Below, piece after piece: positions 8,886 to 18,897 of a stretch of DNA of 64,000 bases (positions are counted from its first letter, which is position 1; each line of letters opens with the position of its first letter). Origin of the DNA: Candidatus Aminicenantes bacterium (lineage in GTDB: Bacteria; Acidobacteriota; Aminicenantia; Aminicenantales; JAFGBC01). The stretch is from contig OY969696.1 of the NCBI GenBank assembly GCA_963702005.1, positions 96,001 to 160,000 on the forward strand, written 5' to 3'. The position numbers and the translations under genes are program-made. The notes beneath the pieces were generated by a model, which ran no database searches, was not told the origin of the DNA, and was given only the letters and a program-made list of their open reading frames with translations.

Positions 8886-10273
8886 CTATGGTGCGTCGGC
8901 GGATTGCATTTCGAGCAGGGCTCGTAGCCCTTTCTCTTCGCCTCGTTCAGGGTAATCGCTATTTTGCTCTGGCTGAGATACTGGCAGCCGCTCCTGTGAT
9001 ACTTGGTGCCCGTCTCGGTTACATAGACGATTACGTCTTCGCCGGGCCTCCTTAAGGCCTCATTGGAATATCCAGAGCAGCCGGCCGAATTATAGGCGCG
9101 CACGCGAAAGGCGTATGCGAAGTCCGATGAAAGGCCAGAGTTCGTATAGGTCTCGCCATCGGCCGGGACCGTGGCTATCTGAGTCCAGTCGCCGCTTGAT
9201 TTCCGTTCTATTCTGAAGCCGGTTTCGTTTGTGGAATTATCATGCCACGCGAGTTTGACGGAAGTCGACGAAAGCGACGTGGCGGCCAGGCCCGAAGGCG
9301 CCCTGGGCAGCCCTGCCAGCGGCAGGAGCTCGATTACGACGGGCAGATGGTCCGAAGCCTCATATAAGGCGTTAGCAATCTTTATGGGGACGGCCTTGTT
9401 CGGAAGGACATTCACCGCTTTATTTAAATGCTTGCCGTCGTTGCCGTAGGCCTTGTAGCTGTTCTTGACGTAGGACAGCTTCGGGCTAGTGAGCAGGCCG
9501 TCCGATACCAGGACGAAGTCGAAGCGGTCGTCAAGGCCGCCGGAGGCGAAGCCCCCGCCGAGTTTCGCGTGAGTGGACTGGGTATGGAGGACCGCGAAAG
9601 CGGAGCCGTCGTGCCATTTCCCGGGCTTGCTGACCGGGTCGTTCACCCTGCCGTCGTTGTCGGCCTGGCTTCCCGTCAGGACCTGGTAGGCGGGCTCGTC
9701 GCTTTTGTAGAGGTTGAGGTCACCGCACACGAGAAACAGGCTGTTCGCCTTGAGGCCGTTCAGATAACTCCTAAGGGTCGTGGCCTCTCTCTCCCTCTCC
9801 TTCTCATAGCCCTGGCTAGCTTTTAAATGTGCAGAATAGACCCGGAAAACCGTTCCCGCGCCCGGTCCGGATTTCACTTTCAGGACGTACTCCGAAACGT
9901 TTCTCGGCGTATCCTGGATTTCCTTGTGCGAGACGAAGCCAATCGTCGATTTCCTATAAAAAAGGGCGTTGTCCGTATCCGTGTCCGGGTCGTCATAGAA
10001 CGGCGCCATCGCATACTTCCCCGGAGACGTGAAATTAATGACCTGGCTAAAAAACTCGTTTGCCCCTTCGAGGCTGAGCATCTCCTGGACGACGAGCACG
10101 TCCGGGCCGAGCCTGTCGACCACGAGGCGGAAGTCGTCCTCCCTGGCCGTTCCCGAGGACCCTGGGAAGTTCAGCAGGTTCCAGGTGGCGAGCTTGACGG
10201 CCTCCGAGGCGAGAGGCAGGAGGAAGAGGGCCAGAACGACGAAGAGAGAAAGAAAAAGCTTCCTTTTAGGCAT
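8882..10273 (-). CDS. secreted endonuclease/exonuclease/phosphatase (DNase I-like) with FN3 and C-terminal Zn-binding domains
   Basis: ATWNL, LVVQE, SAHLKA, CGDLN, DRFDF, SDHLPV; FN3 APSGLAATSLS...WHDNSTNETGFRIER; VYVTETGTKYHRSGC...GYEPCSKC. Confidence 0.9.
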   Translation of the reverse strand: MPKRKLFLSLFVVLALFLLPLASEAVKLATWNLLNFPGSSGTAREDDFRLVVDRLGPDVLVVQEMLSLEGANEFFSQVINFTSPGKYAMAPFYDDPDTDTDNALFYRKSTIGFVSHKEIQDTPRNVSEYVLKVKSGPGAGTVFRVYSAHLKASQGYEKEREREATTLRSYLNGLKANSLFLVCGDLNLYKSDEPAYQVLTGSQADNDGRVNDPVSKPGKWHDGSAFAVLHTQSTHAKLGGGFASGGLDDRFDFVLVSDGLLTSPKLSYVKNSYKAYGNDGKHLNKAVNVLPNKAVPIKIANALYEASDHLPVVIELLPLAGLPRAPSGLAATSLSSTSVKLAWHDNSTNETGFRIERKSSGDWTQIATVPADGETYTNSGLSSDFAYAFRVRAYNSAGCSGYSNEALRRPGEDVIVYVTETGTKYHRSGCQYLSQSKIAITLNEAKRKGYEPCSKCNPPTHHR

Positions 10274-10358
10274 TCGTTCCCCCTAATAACTTTTAATCCT
10301 CCCAAAAGCCAAGTCCAATATACAAATTTAGTCGTTTGATTGTCAAGGATTCGGAAAT
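10012..10358. repeat. direct repeat, copy 1 (promoter and 5' end of the EEP gene); partner at 12434..12790
   Basis: Near-identical stretches, e.g. GGGAAGTTCAGCAGGTTCCAGGTGGCGAGCTTGACGGCCTCCGAGGCGAGAGGCAGGAG and TTAATCCTCCCAAAAGCCAA. Confidence 0.9.
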
Positions 10359-10550
10359 GCGGGCGCCGAATCTACGAGCAAGGACAGAACTGAATCTTGA
10401 CCTCCATAGTAACCTTTTTGAGAGCTTTCTTCCTCCAAGGTCTTTCTCATTATACCTGGACCGATTTAAAGGGGGGGGCATCCCTGTATATAACCGGGTA
10501 TACCGAGCATAAAATTTTCTGAGCGGCCTGGATTATGGTGATTCTTCGTA

Positions 10551-10844
10551 CTATAACGAAAGGATTTTTGTCCTATTTTTTAGTACATTTCCTCCGGCAG
10601 GATCCAAAACCGATATGGTGACATTACATGTTTTGCCGGATGATCCGGGCGCACTGAACTCGAGAGGTTCAGTATGGGTCCCATCAGACGGCAAAGTTGT
10701 ATCAATGTAAGGTGGCGTTACGGTCGTCGCGCAAGGCACCTGGGCTTTCACCCTCACTTTTCGGCCTGCATCACTTCCCGTCCCTCTGATTCGACAAGTT
10801 ATTTCTTCAGCTTTTCCAGAAAATTTTTCGATCGATATCGCCAT
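10551..10844 (-). CDS. small beta-rich hypothetical protein, 97 aa
   Basis: AAAGGAG RBS; directly downstream of 10849..12294. Confidence 0.6.
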   Translation of the reverse strand: MAISIEKFSGKAEEITCRIRGTGSDAGRKVRVKAQVPCATTVTPPYIDTTLPSDGTHTEPLEFSAPGSSGKTCNVTISVLDPAGGNVLKNRTKILSL

Positions 10845-10848
10845 TTTA

Positions 10849-12294
10849 TTACTCCTTTGAGCCGGCTTGTTGGCTGAGGCCGCCGAAGAGCGCTAAGACA
10901 TGCGCGAGCTCCCGGACATTGAGGCTGACGCCGAATGACCATTCATGATTCCAGCCTCGTTTTTCTGAAGTTCCAGTATTTTCCTGAGTCTTTATAAAAG
11001 TGAAGGTCTGGCCTAAATGGATCCGGAAGAAAGGATTGATGCGCAGACCGATGCCGATAAAATACCAATTGTCTTCTCGATCCGCTTTATTAAGCTTTGT
11101 GAGCCCTAAGCCAACGGATAACGATACTAATTTCCACCACTTTTCTTTGCTCCACAATGCTGATGCACCGTTCGGATCGAATCTCCAAGGATGAATGTCA
11201 ATGACAAAAGCGGGCAAGACTGTTTCCGTTTTCGTAAGTCCAAAATAACCGACATTGAAACCCGCCCAGTGTTCGATTTCAGTAACTTCTAGATCCAGGA
11301 CTTCGAGGTCTTCCTGACGTAGGTTATTGACTGTAACCATGGCCAGATTGACCATAATTTCTTCAGTACCTTCAAGCGCTTTTTTTGCCGCCTGGATTGT
11401 TTGGGATTGATCAAGAATGGCCGGCACATATGTATAACTGGACTTGGAAAAATACGTCGTTTTATCCGATCCCAAGACGTTTTTAAGGTCAGTCTCGGAC
11501 ATCTTCGTCAAATCGTCAATCGTCAATTTATTCTCTTTAATTTTTGTCCAAAAATTTATGAACGTCTCTTTATTCGTCGCTTGCTTCGATACTTCATTGA
11601 TGTTTTTATCTTTTACTATTACTCTGAGCTCGGCAAGTTCATCATTGAGAATGGATTCATCGTAAGCGAAATCCTGGAATTGACTTACGTAATCGCGCAA
11701 TTTTTCGCTGAATATCTTTTCCTGAAATAGGTCTTCTATGCCTTTTTCCAAAGGATCCCCGGTCTTCATTCGAAGACTCTTTGCGATGTCGAGGTCCTTA
11801 ATGACCTGAAGAAAGAGAGCTTTTAACATTTCATTATAGGTCTCGGTTGGCACGGTTTCTTTGAATGAGGCGACAAAACCCCCGATGCCCTTTTTAAGAG
11901 CCTGATCGAGTTTCTCTTTAAACAAACTCTTTTGATCGTCCGTGATCGGCTTGAGGATACCCATGATTACTTGAACTCGGCTCTTTTGAGGGAATGGACC
12001 GATTTCGACACTCCAGGTGCGCTTGCCTTTGTCGGAAACGGCAACGTTAACAACTTTCTTATCAGTAGTTATAGTATTTAATTTGATGGTCAGGATAATG
12101 GAATCAATTTCTTGAGGGATATCCATGGCTTCGAGGATGATAATCTCGCCTGCAGGCAGAAGGCGGGAACCGATCAGTTTGAAATCCTTATCTAAGCTTA
12201 TCTTTACGGCAGCTTCCGATCTGACAGATACCATTAAAAATAGACAAATAGACAAAAAAATTAAAAGGGCTGGATAACAAATAATCTTTTTCAT
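10849..12294 (-). CDS. exported protein with a helical middle and amphipathic beta-strand C-terminus (possible outer-membrane protein)
   Basis: Start moved to ATG 12294 (MKKIICYPALLIFL..., signal peptide, RBS); C-terminal LSVGLGL, YFIGIGLRI and EWSFGVSLNV strands. Confidence 0.65.
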   Translation of the reverse strand: MKKIICYPALLIFLSICLFLMVSVRSEAAVKISLDKDFKLIGSRLLPAGEIIILEAMDIPQEIDSIILTIKLNTITTDKKVVNVAVSDKGKRTWSVEIGPFPQKSRVQVIMGILKPITDDQKSLFKEKLDQALKKGIGGFVASFKETVPTETYNEMLKALFLQVIKDLDIAKSLRMKTGDPLEKGIEDLFQEKIFSEKLRDYVSQFQDFAYDESILNDELAELRVIVKDKNINEVSKQATNKETFINFWTKIKENKLTIDDLTKMSETDLKNVLGSDKTTYFSKSSYTYVPAILDQSQTIQAAKKALEGTEEIMVNLAMVTVNNLRQEDLEVLDLEVTEIEHWAGFNVGYFGLTKTETVLPAFVIDIHPWRFDPNGASALWSKEKWWKLVSLSVGLGLTKLNKADREDNWYFIGIGLRINPFFRIHLGQTFTFIKTQENTGTSEKRGWNHEWSFGVSLNVRELAHVLALFGGLSQQAGSKE

Positions 12295-12400
12295 GATTCT
12301 TCCTTTCTTTATGACCGGAATTAAAATCCCCTTTTTTGCCAGCAACAAAACCCAAAAAAGCCACAGTGACCTACCGCCAAGCAATGTGCCACTCCCAGAG

Positions 12401-12697
12401 TTAGCATGCAAACCTCTGGGGCCGGCTTGCGGCCACGTATTTCCCGGGGACGGTGAAGTTCATCACGTTCGTGAGGAATTGGTTGCAGCCGGAGAGGTCG
12501 ATCATCTCCTGGGTGACCAGGATGTCGGGCGCGATCTTGTCGATCACCAGCCGGAAATCGTCTTCTCTGGCCGCGCCCGAAGAGCCCGGGAAGTTCAGCA
12601 GGTTCCAGGTGGCGAGCTTGACGGCCTCCGAGGCGAGAGGCAGGAGAAAAAGGGCCAAAACGACGAAGAGAGAAAGAAGAAGCTTCCTTTTAGGCAT
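12401..12697 (-). pseudogene. truncated duplicate of the N-terminus of the EEP nuclease 8882..10273
   Basis: First ~88 aa align closely (MPKRKL.LSLFVVLALFLLPLASEAVKLATWNLLNFPGSSG.AREDDFRLV), then the similarity breaks off. Confidence 0.9.
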
Positions 12698-12766
12698 TTG
12701 GTCCCCCTACAAAACTCTTAATCCTCCCAAAAGCCAATACCAATATAAATGTTTAGTCGTTGTTTT

Positions 12767-12850
12767 GTCAATGAGATTGAAATCGGAAATATAGACGCTT
12801 GGCTCTCCCTCTTAACAATCCAAAAAAATAATAAGTCAAGAAATCCTTGA
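12767..12850. repeat. intergenic repeat, ~85 bp; partner at 14935..15018
   Basis: Shared TCAATGAGATTGAAATCGGAAATATA.ACG...AGAAATCCTT. Confidence 0.75.
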
Positions 12851-12969
12851 CTTTTTTCCGTCCTGTTCCTAAATTGTTATCGAGGCGGGAAGGGGCGGAA
12901 AAGGTAATTTCGCTATTCCCTCCTATGAGGTGTTGTTTTACAGAAAGAGCGGCTTATAGGGAGGATATC

Positions 12970-13158
12970 ATGGGACCTAAATTCGTTGTCTTCAAGGATG
13001 CGTCGGGGCAATACCGCTTTCGCCTGGTCGCCCCGAACGGGGAAATCATAGCTACCAGCGAGGCGTATACCACCAAACAGGCCTGCCTTGACGGGATAGC
13101 AGCCGTCAAGAAGCATGGACCACTTGCTCCCATTGAGGACAAGCCTTCTGCATACTGA
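12970..13158 (+). CDS. YegP/DUF1508 family small protein
   Basis: KFVVFKDASGQYRFRLVAPNGEIIATSEAYTTKQACLDGIAAVK; GGGAGG RBS before ATG 12970. Confidence 0.9.
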   Translation: MGPKFVVFKDASGQYRFRLVAPNGEIIATSEAYTTKQACLDGIAAVKKHGPLAPIEDKPSAY

Positions 13159-13226
13159 GGGAAAAGCAAGGCCCTCGCCCACATTCAACAGGGCGGGGAG
13201 GATTCTAATTTAAGGAGGCCAAGACG

Positions 13227-13649
13227 ATGAGTGAACCGGAATGGCCCGTAATCGTGGCATTAGGGCTCATAGGCGGATTCGTGATCCTGGCGATGGTCGC
13301 TATTATTCGCATTAAACAAGATGAGTCCCGGAAGGCGCTACTCCTTCTGTTGTGGTCTTTTTTCGGTCCTATTATCGGAGTCGCATCCACATACTTCTTC
13401 ACGCGGACCGAAGTCAAACAAGCTCAGGTCCAAATGAAGGCCTCAGAGGAGAACGCGGCCAAGTTGGGAACCCAGCTTGAAGCCACACAGTTGCGAGCTC
13501 AGCAAGCAGAACAGCTCATAAAAGCTCAGGACATAGCATTAACGGAGTTTGTAAAAGTTCTGTCTCCCTATCAGCTTAAGACCCTTCACGCTGATGCTGC
13601 AGTTGCAGCGGCTTTAGACCGTCTTAAGGAATCCAATAACTATAAGTAA
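13227..13649 (+). CDS. two-TM membrane protein with a C-terminal coiled coil
   Basis: AAGGAGG RBS; two hydrophobic helices followed by a Q/A/E-rich heptad region. Confidence 0.75.
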   Translation: MSEPEWPVIVALGLIGGFVILAMVAIIRIKQDESRKALLLLLWSFFGPIIGVASTYFFTRTEVKQAQVQMKASEENAAKLGTQLEATQLRAQQAEQLIKAQDIALTEFVKVLSPYQLKTLHADAAVAAALDRLKESNNYK

Positions 13650-13852
13650 TTGAGTTGAGGGCTTTATTGAGATCGTCGCTCGTTGGCCTTCTGGCAAAGC
13701 CATCTTTTGGCCAGTCCTCGAAAAAACCAATATAATGGTTACAAAAGGCAGGTCCCGAATGTACTTACAGATAGTCCTCCTATTATCCAGCTAAAGGGGT
13801 AGACATCAAGGAAAAAAAGAACAAAACAAATATAGATGGAAGGAGGATAAAG

Positions 13853-14020
13853 ATGGCCGAGACATGCAAAACCTGCCACGGGAAGGGCAACGTTAAGTGC
13901 CCAAAATGTGATGGGAAGGGAAGAATATATCATTTTGTATCTGATTCCAAGTGTGACAATTGTAATGGATCTGGAGTTGTGAAGTGCGGAGTTTGTGAAG
14001 GGAAAGGGAAAATATACTGA
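13853..14020 (+). CDS. stand-alone DnaJ-type zinc finger microprotein, 55 aa (absent from the ORF track)
   Basis: AAGGAGG RBS; MAETCKTCHGKGNVKCPKCDGKGRIYHFVSDSKCDNCNGSGVVKCGVCEGKGKIY with four CxxCxGxG repeats. Confidence 0.88.
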   Translation: MAETCKTCHGKGNVKCPKCDGKGRIYHFVSDSKCDNCNGSGVVKCGVCEGKGKIY

Positions 14021-14087
14021 TATACATTTTAACAAGTTAAGTAAGCAGATAAAATACGGATAAAAGTTGAAAGGGAGGAACTATCTT

Positions 14088-14435
14088 ATGAAACTTATCA
14101 TTAAACGGGACCAGGAAGCAAAGACCGGATTATTAGGCGGTCATAAAGGAATGACATTCGTCCTTTCCTGTCGGGTCGAGATTACTCCAGAGGAGAAGGC
14201 TCTTATTGCCAAGTATAAGGCGGAATCACAACCATTAGTGTATTCAACTGACCGCGAAGGAAAGAGCATTCCAAAATATTTTGTATTTAGCCTCACGACA
14301 GGAATAACAGAGAGAACGCAGGACATTACTACCCTACTTAATAATGAAGAAATAATTAAAAAGGCATGCGCAGATTTTAAAACACTCTTAGAAGTAATGG
14401 CTAGCTTTGGCGGAGAAGAAGTGATCGAATTTTAA
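14088..14435 (+). CDS. hypothetical protein, 115 aa
   Basis: GGGAGG RBS before ATG 14088; open frame. Confidence 0.7.
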   Translation: MKLIIKRDQEAKTGLLGGHKGMTFVLSCRVEITPEEKALIAKYKAESQPLVYSTDREGKSIPKYFVFSLTTGITERTQDITTLLNNEEIIKKACADFKTLLEVMASFGGEEVIEF

Positions 14436-14780
14436 ATAATCAAAAAATATTAGATATTCTCCGCCACCAAACAGAACGTTCTATGCTCCGAATAGCTCTT
14501 GATTCGCGTAGCCTTAGCAGTATCGTCCCCCTCTTTGGGCCAGCCGCGGACATCTATTTCTTTTCCGCTAAGCTTATTGAATCCTAGTTGTGATGAAGCT
14601 ATGACGTGGTCAAGGTCGAGGGGTGGGTAGTTTGATCCGTGTGTATTCCATCAGGTGGCCAGCGTATTCTTCGTCAGGTGCCGCACGCTTGCCTTCTTGG
14701 CTCCATCCTCACATTAGCGGGCTTGGGAAATTCCCTCCTCTTCGGGCTTTGAAATTTCCCCCCCTATGTTAGTTCCCTTC

Positions 14781-14839
14781 GGTCTCGGGCTCTCGGATGA
14801 GGCCCGCCTTAAAGCAGGCTGCATCAAGAGCCCAAGACC
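14781..14839 (-). other. long imperfect hairpin in a non-coding gap (candidate structured RNA or ssDNA site)
   Basis: GGTCTCGGGCTCT..GATG..GCCCGCC pairs with AGCAGGC..CATC.AGAGCCCAAGACC; the C-A mismatches become G-U pairs on the minus strand. Confidence 0.55.
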
Positions 14840-14934
14840 GATGACGCCGGATTACGGCCGCTTGGGATGTAAACACGGGAACTTTAGGGTGGCGGTCAAC
14901 ATACGAACTCAGGTTGATACGGCCTAGAAGTTTT

Positions 14935-15018
14935 ATCAATGAGATTGAAATCGGAAATATATACGGCTAGCCCTCCCCCGTTGTGAGCTTGAGGACATAA
15001 ATACGCAGAGAAATCCTT
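14935..15018. repeat. intergenic repeat; partner of 12767..12850
   Basis: TCAATGAGATTGAAATCGGAAATATATACG...AGAAATCCTT. Confidence 0.75.
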
Positions 15019-15086
15019 AATAAAAATCCTCGCTCCGGCGTATCAGAATATGGTCTGGAAAATCAATCCAATACTGGAGGAGATTA

Positions 15087-16133
15087 ATGATCCACCCAAA
15101 AAGTATCGGGCTCTGGGGAATCCCCTTCATCGCCTTCGCCATTATCCCCGGTCCAGCCGCCAGCAGCCGGGAGCCGGAACGTCCAAAATTCTCGGTTACT
15201 ATCACCATCGGAATCGAAACGGCTGCGGACAAGGCGCAGGAGCCTTACCAGTTTTCATCGATCGGCTCAGCCGATTTCGACGCCCAAGGGAATATCTATG
15301 TCTTTGACTCCAAAGACTCCTGTATCAAGGTTTTCACAAAGACGGGCGATTTCCTGAGGAGATTCTTGAAACCGGGACAAGGCCCCGATGAAATCGAGAA
15401 CGCCTATGGTTTTAAAATTCTGAGGTCCAACAACCATATTTTCGTCCTGCATCAGCATGGTTTTCAGATCAAGGAATTCGACGAAGCCGGTCATTTCATC
15501 CGATCCCATCCCCTTCCGGAACAAGTCCTGAATGCCAGCTTCGTATTAATCGACGAAAAGCAGCTCCTCTACGTTGCTAGAATGAAATATGGAGAGACGC
15601 GTTTCAACAACTTGAAGATTCTGAGCCTTGAGACGAATAAGCTCATCCGGGAATTCGCTCCGGTGGACCTGGACTATTTTACGGGGCTTCAGAGAGTCGC
15701 GGTCAAGGATGGAATCGTCTGGACGTGCCCCGGAGACCTTTTAAGGGCCGAAGCTTTTGACCCGGAGACAGGGAGGAAACTCAAAACGATCCCTTTGGCC
15801 GAAGACTATGCGCCTCCTCAAGTTATCCGGTGGGGGAACAGCATCCAGAAATTCCGTCTATTCAACTATGCCCAGCCGTTTCTGATCGGCGACGATCTTT
15901 ATTTTATCATCGTCCGTCAATCCTTCACCAAAAAACCGGAAAGCATGCTGGACAAACCCCTAAAACGAGAGGCTAATGTCTATCGGCTGGCGGGGGATCG
16001 GCTGGTGGAGGAACAGGAGTTTCCCGAGTTCGATTTTCTACCGGAGTTTCTCGCCGCTTGGGAGAATAAGCTTCTCGTCTCAAGCTCAGGCTACGATCTT
16101 TATCCACGACTGAAGGTCATCGAACTCCATTAG
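15087..16133 (+). CDS. secreted 6-bladed beta-propeller (NHL-like) protein
   Basis: Signal peptide; DAQGNIYVFDSKDSCIKVFTKTGDFLRRFLKPGQGPDEI; GGAGG RBS. Confidence 0.85.
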   Translation: MIHPKSIGLWGIPFIAFAIIPGPAASSREPERPKFSVTITIGIETAADKAQEPYQFSSIGSADFDAQGNIYVFDSKDSCIKVFTKTGDFLRRFLKPGQGPDEIENAYGFKILRSNNHIFVLHQHGFQIKEFDEAGHFIRSHPLPEQVLNASFVLIDEKQLLYVARMKYGETRFNNLKILSLETNKLIREFAPVDLDYFTGLQRVAVKDGIVWTCPGDLLRAEAFDPETGRKLKTIPLAEDYAPPQVIRWGNSIQKFRLFNYAQPFLIGDDLYFIIVRQSFTKKPESMLDKPLKREANVYRLAGDRLVEEQEFPEFDFLPEFLAAWENKLLVSSSGYDLYPRLKVIELH

Positions 16134-16511
16134 ATCGCCTGAGCCGTCCCGGCAGCTGCCATGCGACCGCCCTTTCCTTCATTTCCCCTATCGTCCTCTC
16201 TTTTCTCCCTCTCCGGGGTCGACGGAGTGGCGCTGCGCCCAATGCGGGCTTCTAAGCAATCCAGACCGTGATGCCCACTCCGACTTTCTCCCCTTACTGC
16301 TAAAGCTGCATCGTGAAGAACTGCAAATTTGCCTGTTTCGGCCGGATGAAGGCCGGGCTAACGTATAGGGTGCATCTGGTTTCCTGAGCGAAAGCCGCAA
16401 GAGAAGCAGGTCTAGCTCGGCGATACCACCCTTTGGGGTGAAACAGCCTCGCCTTCATAGAGGATTATTAGGGAGTTTAAAAACCACCCCCTAAATCATT
16501 TTTAGAGGTTA

Positions 16512-18389
16512 TTGTCAATTCCCCGAAATTGTATTTATATTATCCTAAGAAGAACTGCCGAATTACGGGGGACGAAGGACCAGATTGAATTCCGAGAGAA
16601 CTCTCCAAGGAGGTTTCAAGGCTTGAGTAAAGAAGTAATTGAACTTAAGACCATTGAAGCTCAGCGCAAGGATGCGGAGGAGGCGCTTAGGGAGAGCGAG
16701 AAGCGCTACGGCGATTTGTTCGACAATGTGCCCATCGGACTTTACCGCACGACTCCATCAGGGGAGTGGCTGGATGGCAACCTGCGCTTGGCCAAAATGC
16801 TGGGCTACCCGACTCGTGAAGCGATGCTTGAAACGAATGCGGCTGCGAACTATTTGAATCCCGAGGACCGTGAAAAGTGGAAGACAAGCCTGGAGAAGGA
16901 TGGGGTGCTGGAAGATTTCGAGTCACGGCGTCTCCGCCAGGACGGGAGGACCATCTGGGTTAAGGACAGCGCCAGGGCCATAAAGGACAAGGAGGGGCAG
17001 ATTTCATGTTATGAAGGAGCCATCATGGACGTTACGGCGCAGAAGTGCGCCGAGGAAGCCCTGCACCTTGAAAGGGAACAACTCCTTTCGATCTTTAACA
17101 GCATCGATGAAATCATCTATGTAAGCGACCCGTCCACCTATAAAATCCTCTACGTAAACGATGCCCTTGTGCGTGCTTTCCAAAAGAATCCCGTCGCCGG
17201 CACATGTTATCAGGAGTTTCAGGGCCTGGACCGTCCGTGCGAATTCTGCACGAACGAGATTGTCCTGAAGAACAAGGGCGAATCTTATAGATGGGAATTC
17301 CATAATCCGGTTCTCAACAGGGATTATCACCTCATGGACCGGATCATCAAATGGCCGGATGGCCGCGACGTCAGGTTTGAAATGGCCATCGATATGACGG
17401 AGCGCATGAAGGCCGAGGAGGCCCTCCTGAGGCTGTCCAGCGCGGCCGAGCTTTCTCCGGACAGCATCGTGGTTTCCGACCTCGAAGGACGGATTGTTGA
17501 CGTCAACGCTGTAACACTCGAAAAGTACGGCGCCACGGACAAATCGGAGCTCATCGGCAAGAGCTCCTTCGAGCTGATCGCGCCCGAGGAGCGGGAACGG
17601 GCGATCGGGGGAATGGCCGAGGTGCTGAGCCAGGGCAAGGTCGAGTATCGGGAATACAGGATCGTCAACAAACTCGGCAACGTCATCCCCGTTGAAATGA
17701 GCGTCGCATTGATGAGGGACAAAGAAGGAAAACCAACTGGATTAGTAGGCGTCAGCCGCGACGTCACGGAACGGCAGCTCACTCAGGCTAAACTTCAGCG
17801 AAGCATGGCTCAACTCCAGACGACTCTGAAAGCCGCCATCAAAGCGCTCTCGTCGGCCATTGAAATGAGGGACCCCTACACGGCCGGCCACCAGGAGCGA
17901 GTAACGAAGCTCGCGACGGCCATCGCTCAGGAGATGGGACTGCTGCCGGAACAGATTGAGGGCCTCCAGGTCGCCGGCATCATTCATGACATTGGAAAGC
18001 TCAATGTTCCTGCCGAGATTCTTAGCAAGCCGACGACGCTAACGGACGTCGAATATTCGTTGATAAAAACGCATACGGAGGCAGGATTCAAGCTCCTTTG
18101 CAACATTGAATTCCCCTGGCCGGTCGCGGAGATCGTCTACCAACATCATGAATGCATGAATGGATCGGGATATCCGAGGGGATTGACGGACAAAGACATC
18201 CTCTTGGAGGCGAGAATCCTGAGCGTTGCCGACGTGGTCGAAGCCATGTCATCTCATCGTCCCTACAGGCCGGCTCTGGGCATCGAAAAAGCACTCCAGG
18301 AGATCATTCTCCGGAGAGGGACCTTGTATGACGCTGGGGTCGTTGATGCCTGTGTAAAGCTCTTTTCAGAAAAGCGATTTCAATTCTGA
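16512..18389 (+). CDS. multi-PAS domain HD-GYP cyclic-di-nucleotide phosphodiesterase (start uncertain)
   Basis: Three PAS/PAC units; RDPYTAGHQERV, HDIGK, HHECMNGSGYP, ADVVEAMSSHRPYR. Confidence 0.92.
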   Translation: MSIPRNCIYIILRRTAELRGTKDQIEFRENSPRRFQGLSKEVIELKTIEAQRKDAEEALRESEKRYGDLFDNVPIGLYRTTPSGEWLDGNLRLAKMLGYPTREAMLETNAAANYLNPEDREKWKTSLEKDGVLEDFESRRLRQDGRTIWVKDSARAIKDKEGQISCYEGAIMDVTAQKCAEEALHLEREQLLSIFNSIDEIIYVSDPSTYKILYVNDALVRAFQKNPVAGTCYQEFQGLDRPCEFCTNEIVLKNKGESYRWEFHNPVLNRDYHLMDRIIKWPDGRDVRFEMAIDMTERMKAEEALLRLSSAAELSPDSIVVSDLEGRIVDVNAVTLEKYGATDKSELIGKSSFELIAPEERERAIGGMAEVLSQGKVEYREYRIVNKLGNVIPVEMSVALMRDKEGKPTGLVGVSRDVTERQLTQAKLQRSMAQLQTTLKAAIKALSSAIEMRDPYTAGHQERVTKLATAIAQEMGLLPEQIEGLQVAGIIHDIGKLNVPAEILSKPTTLTDVEYSLIKTHTEAGFKLLCNIEFPWPVAEIVYQHHECMNGSGYPRGLTDKDILLEARILSVADVVEAMSSHRPYRPALGIEKALQEIILRRGTLYDAGVVDACVKLFSEKRFQF

Positions 18390-18474
18390 CGCCTTGCCTC
18401 GCCGGACCACTGGCCGCAGTTAACAAAAGGCTGTTAAAGGCGTAAAAGCCGCTCTTGAGCAAATGGTTTGATAC

Positions 18475-18609
18475 GGACCCGACCGAAATCGTCCATCCTA
18501 TGGCAACTGGCGAAGCCCTTTTTCCCCGGTTTCCATAAAAAGCGGTTCAAGGGCATCAGAATGGCCAATATGGTCGGGACTGGCGGGCCTTCAAAGCACC
18601 TTCAAAAAG
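18475..18609. repeat. dispersed repeat family R, full copy (part A 18475-18570 plus part B 18572-18609)
   Basis: GGACCCGACCGA.ATCGTCCATCCT...GCAACTGGCGAAGCC...AAAAAGCGG...ATCAGAATGGC matches 30069..30164 and 31225..31300; TCAAAGCACCTTCA matches 34035..34072. Confidence 0.8.
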
Positions 18610-18661
18610 TCCCTCTATTTCCTGTTAATTGCTAACACCCCTATCTTCTGTTCAATCAATT

Positions 18662-18866
18662 TTAATGCCTCATCACCAAGCTTCTCAGCACCTGGCCCAG
18701 CTTCGCCCAGGGATACAGGTTTGATACCTGTTCGGCGTCCGCTGAAGCGCATATGGCTTCATAGACCATCCTAGAGCCCTCCATCTCCAGCTTCCCGAGC
18801 ACCGGACTGAAATAGGCCTTGCGCTCCTGCGGGTGGCCGTAGTCCATGAACCAGTGCTGGATTCTG
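18662..18866 (-). pseudogene. duplicate 3' end of the metallophosphoesterase gene 31339..33144
   Basis: Encodes MDYGHPQERKAYFSPVLGKLEMEGSRMVYEAICAS.DAEQVSNLYPWAKLGQVLR, almost identical to the C-terminus of the 601 aa ORF. Confidence 0.92.
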
Positions 18867-18897
18867 GGTGAATAATGCTAAATGAAGTGCCTTGCTA

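Noticed and set aside
13739-14035. 98 aa hydrophobic minus-strand ORF
   Set aside because: Antisense to the better supported DnaJ-type zinc finger gene 13853..14020
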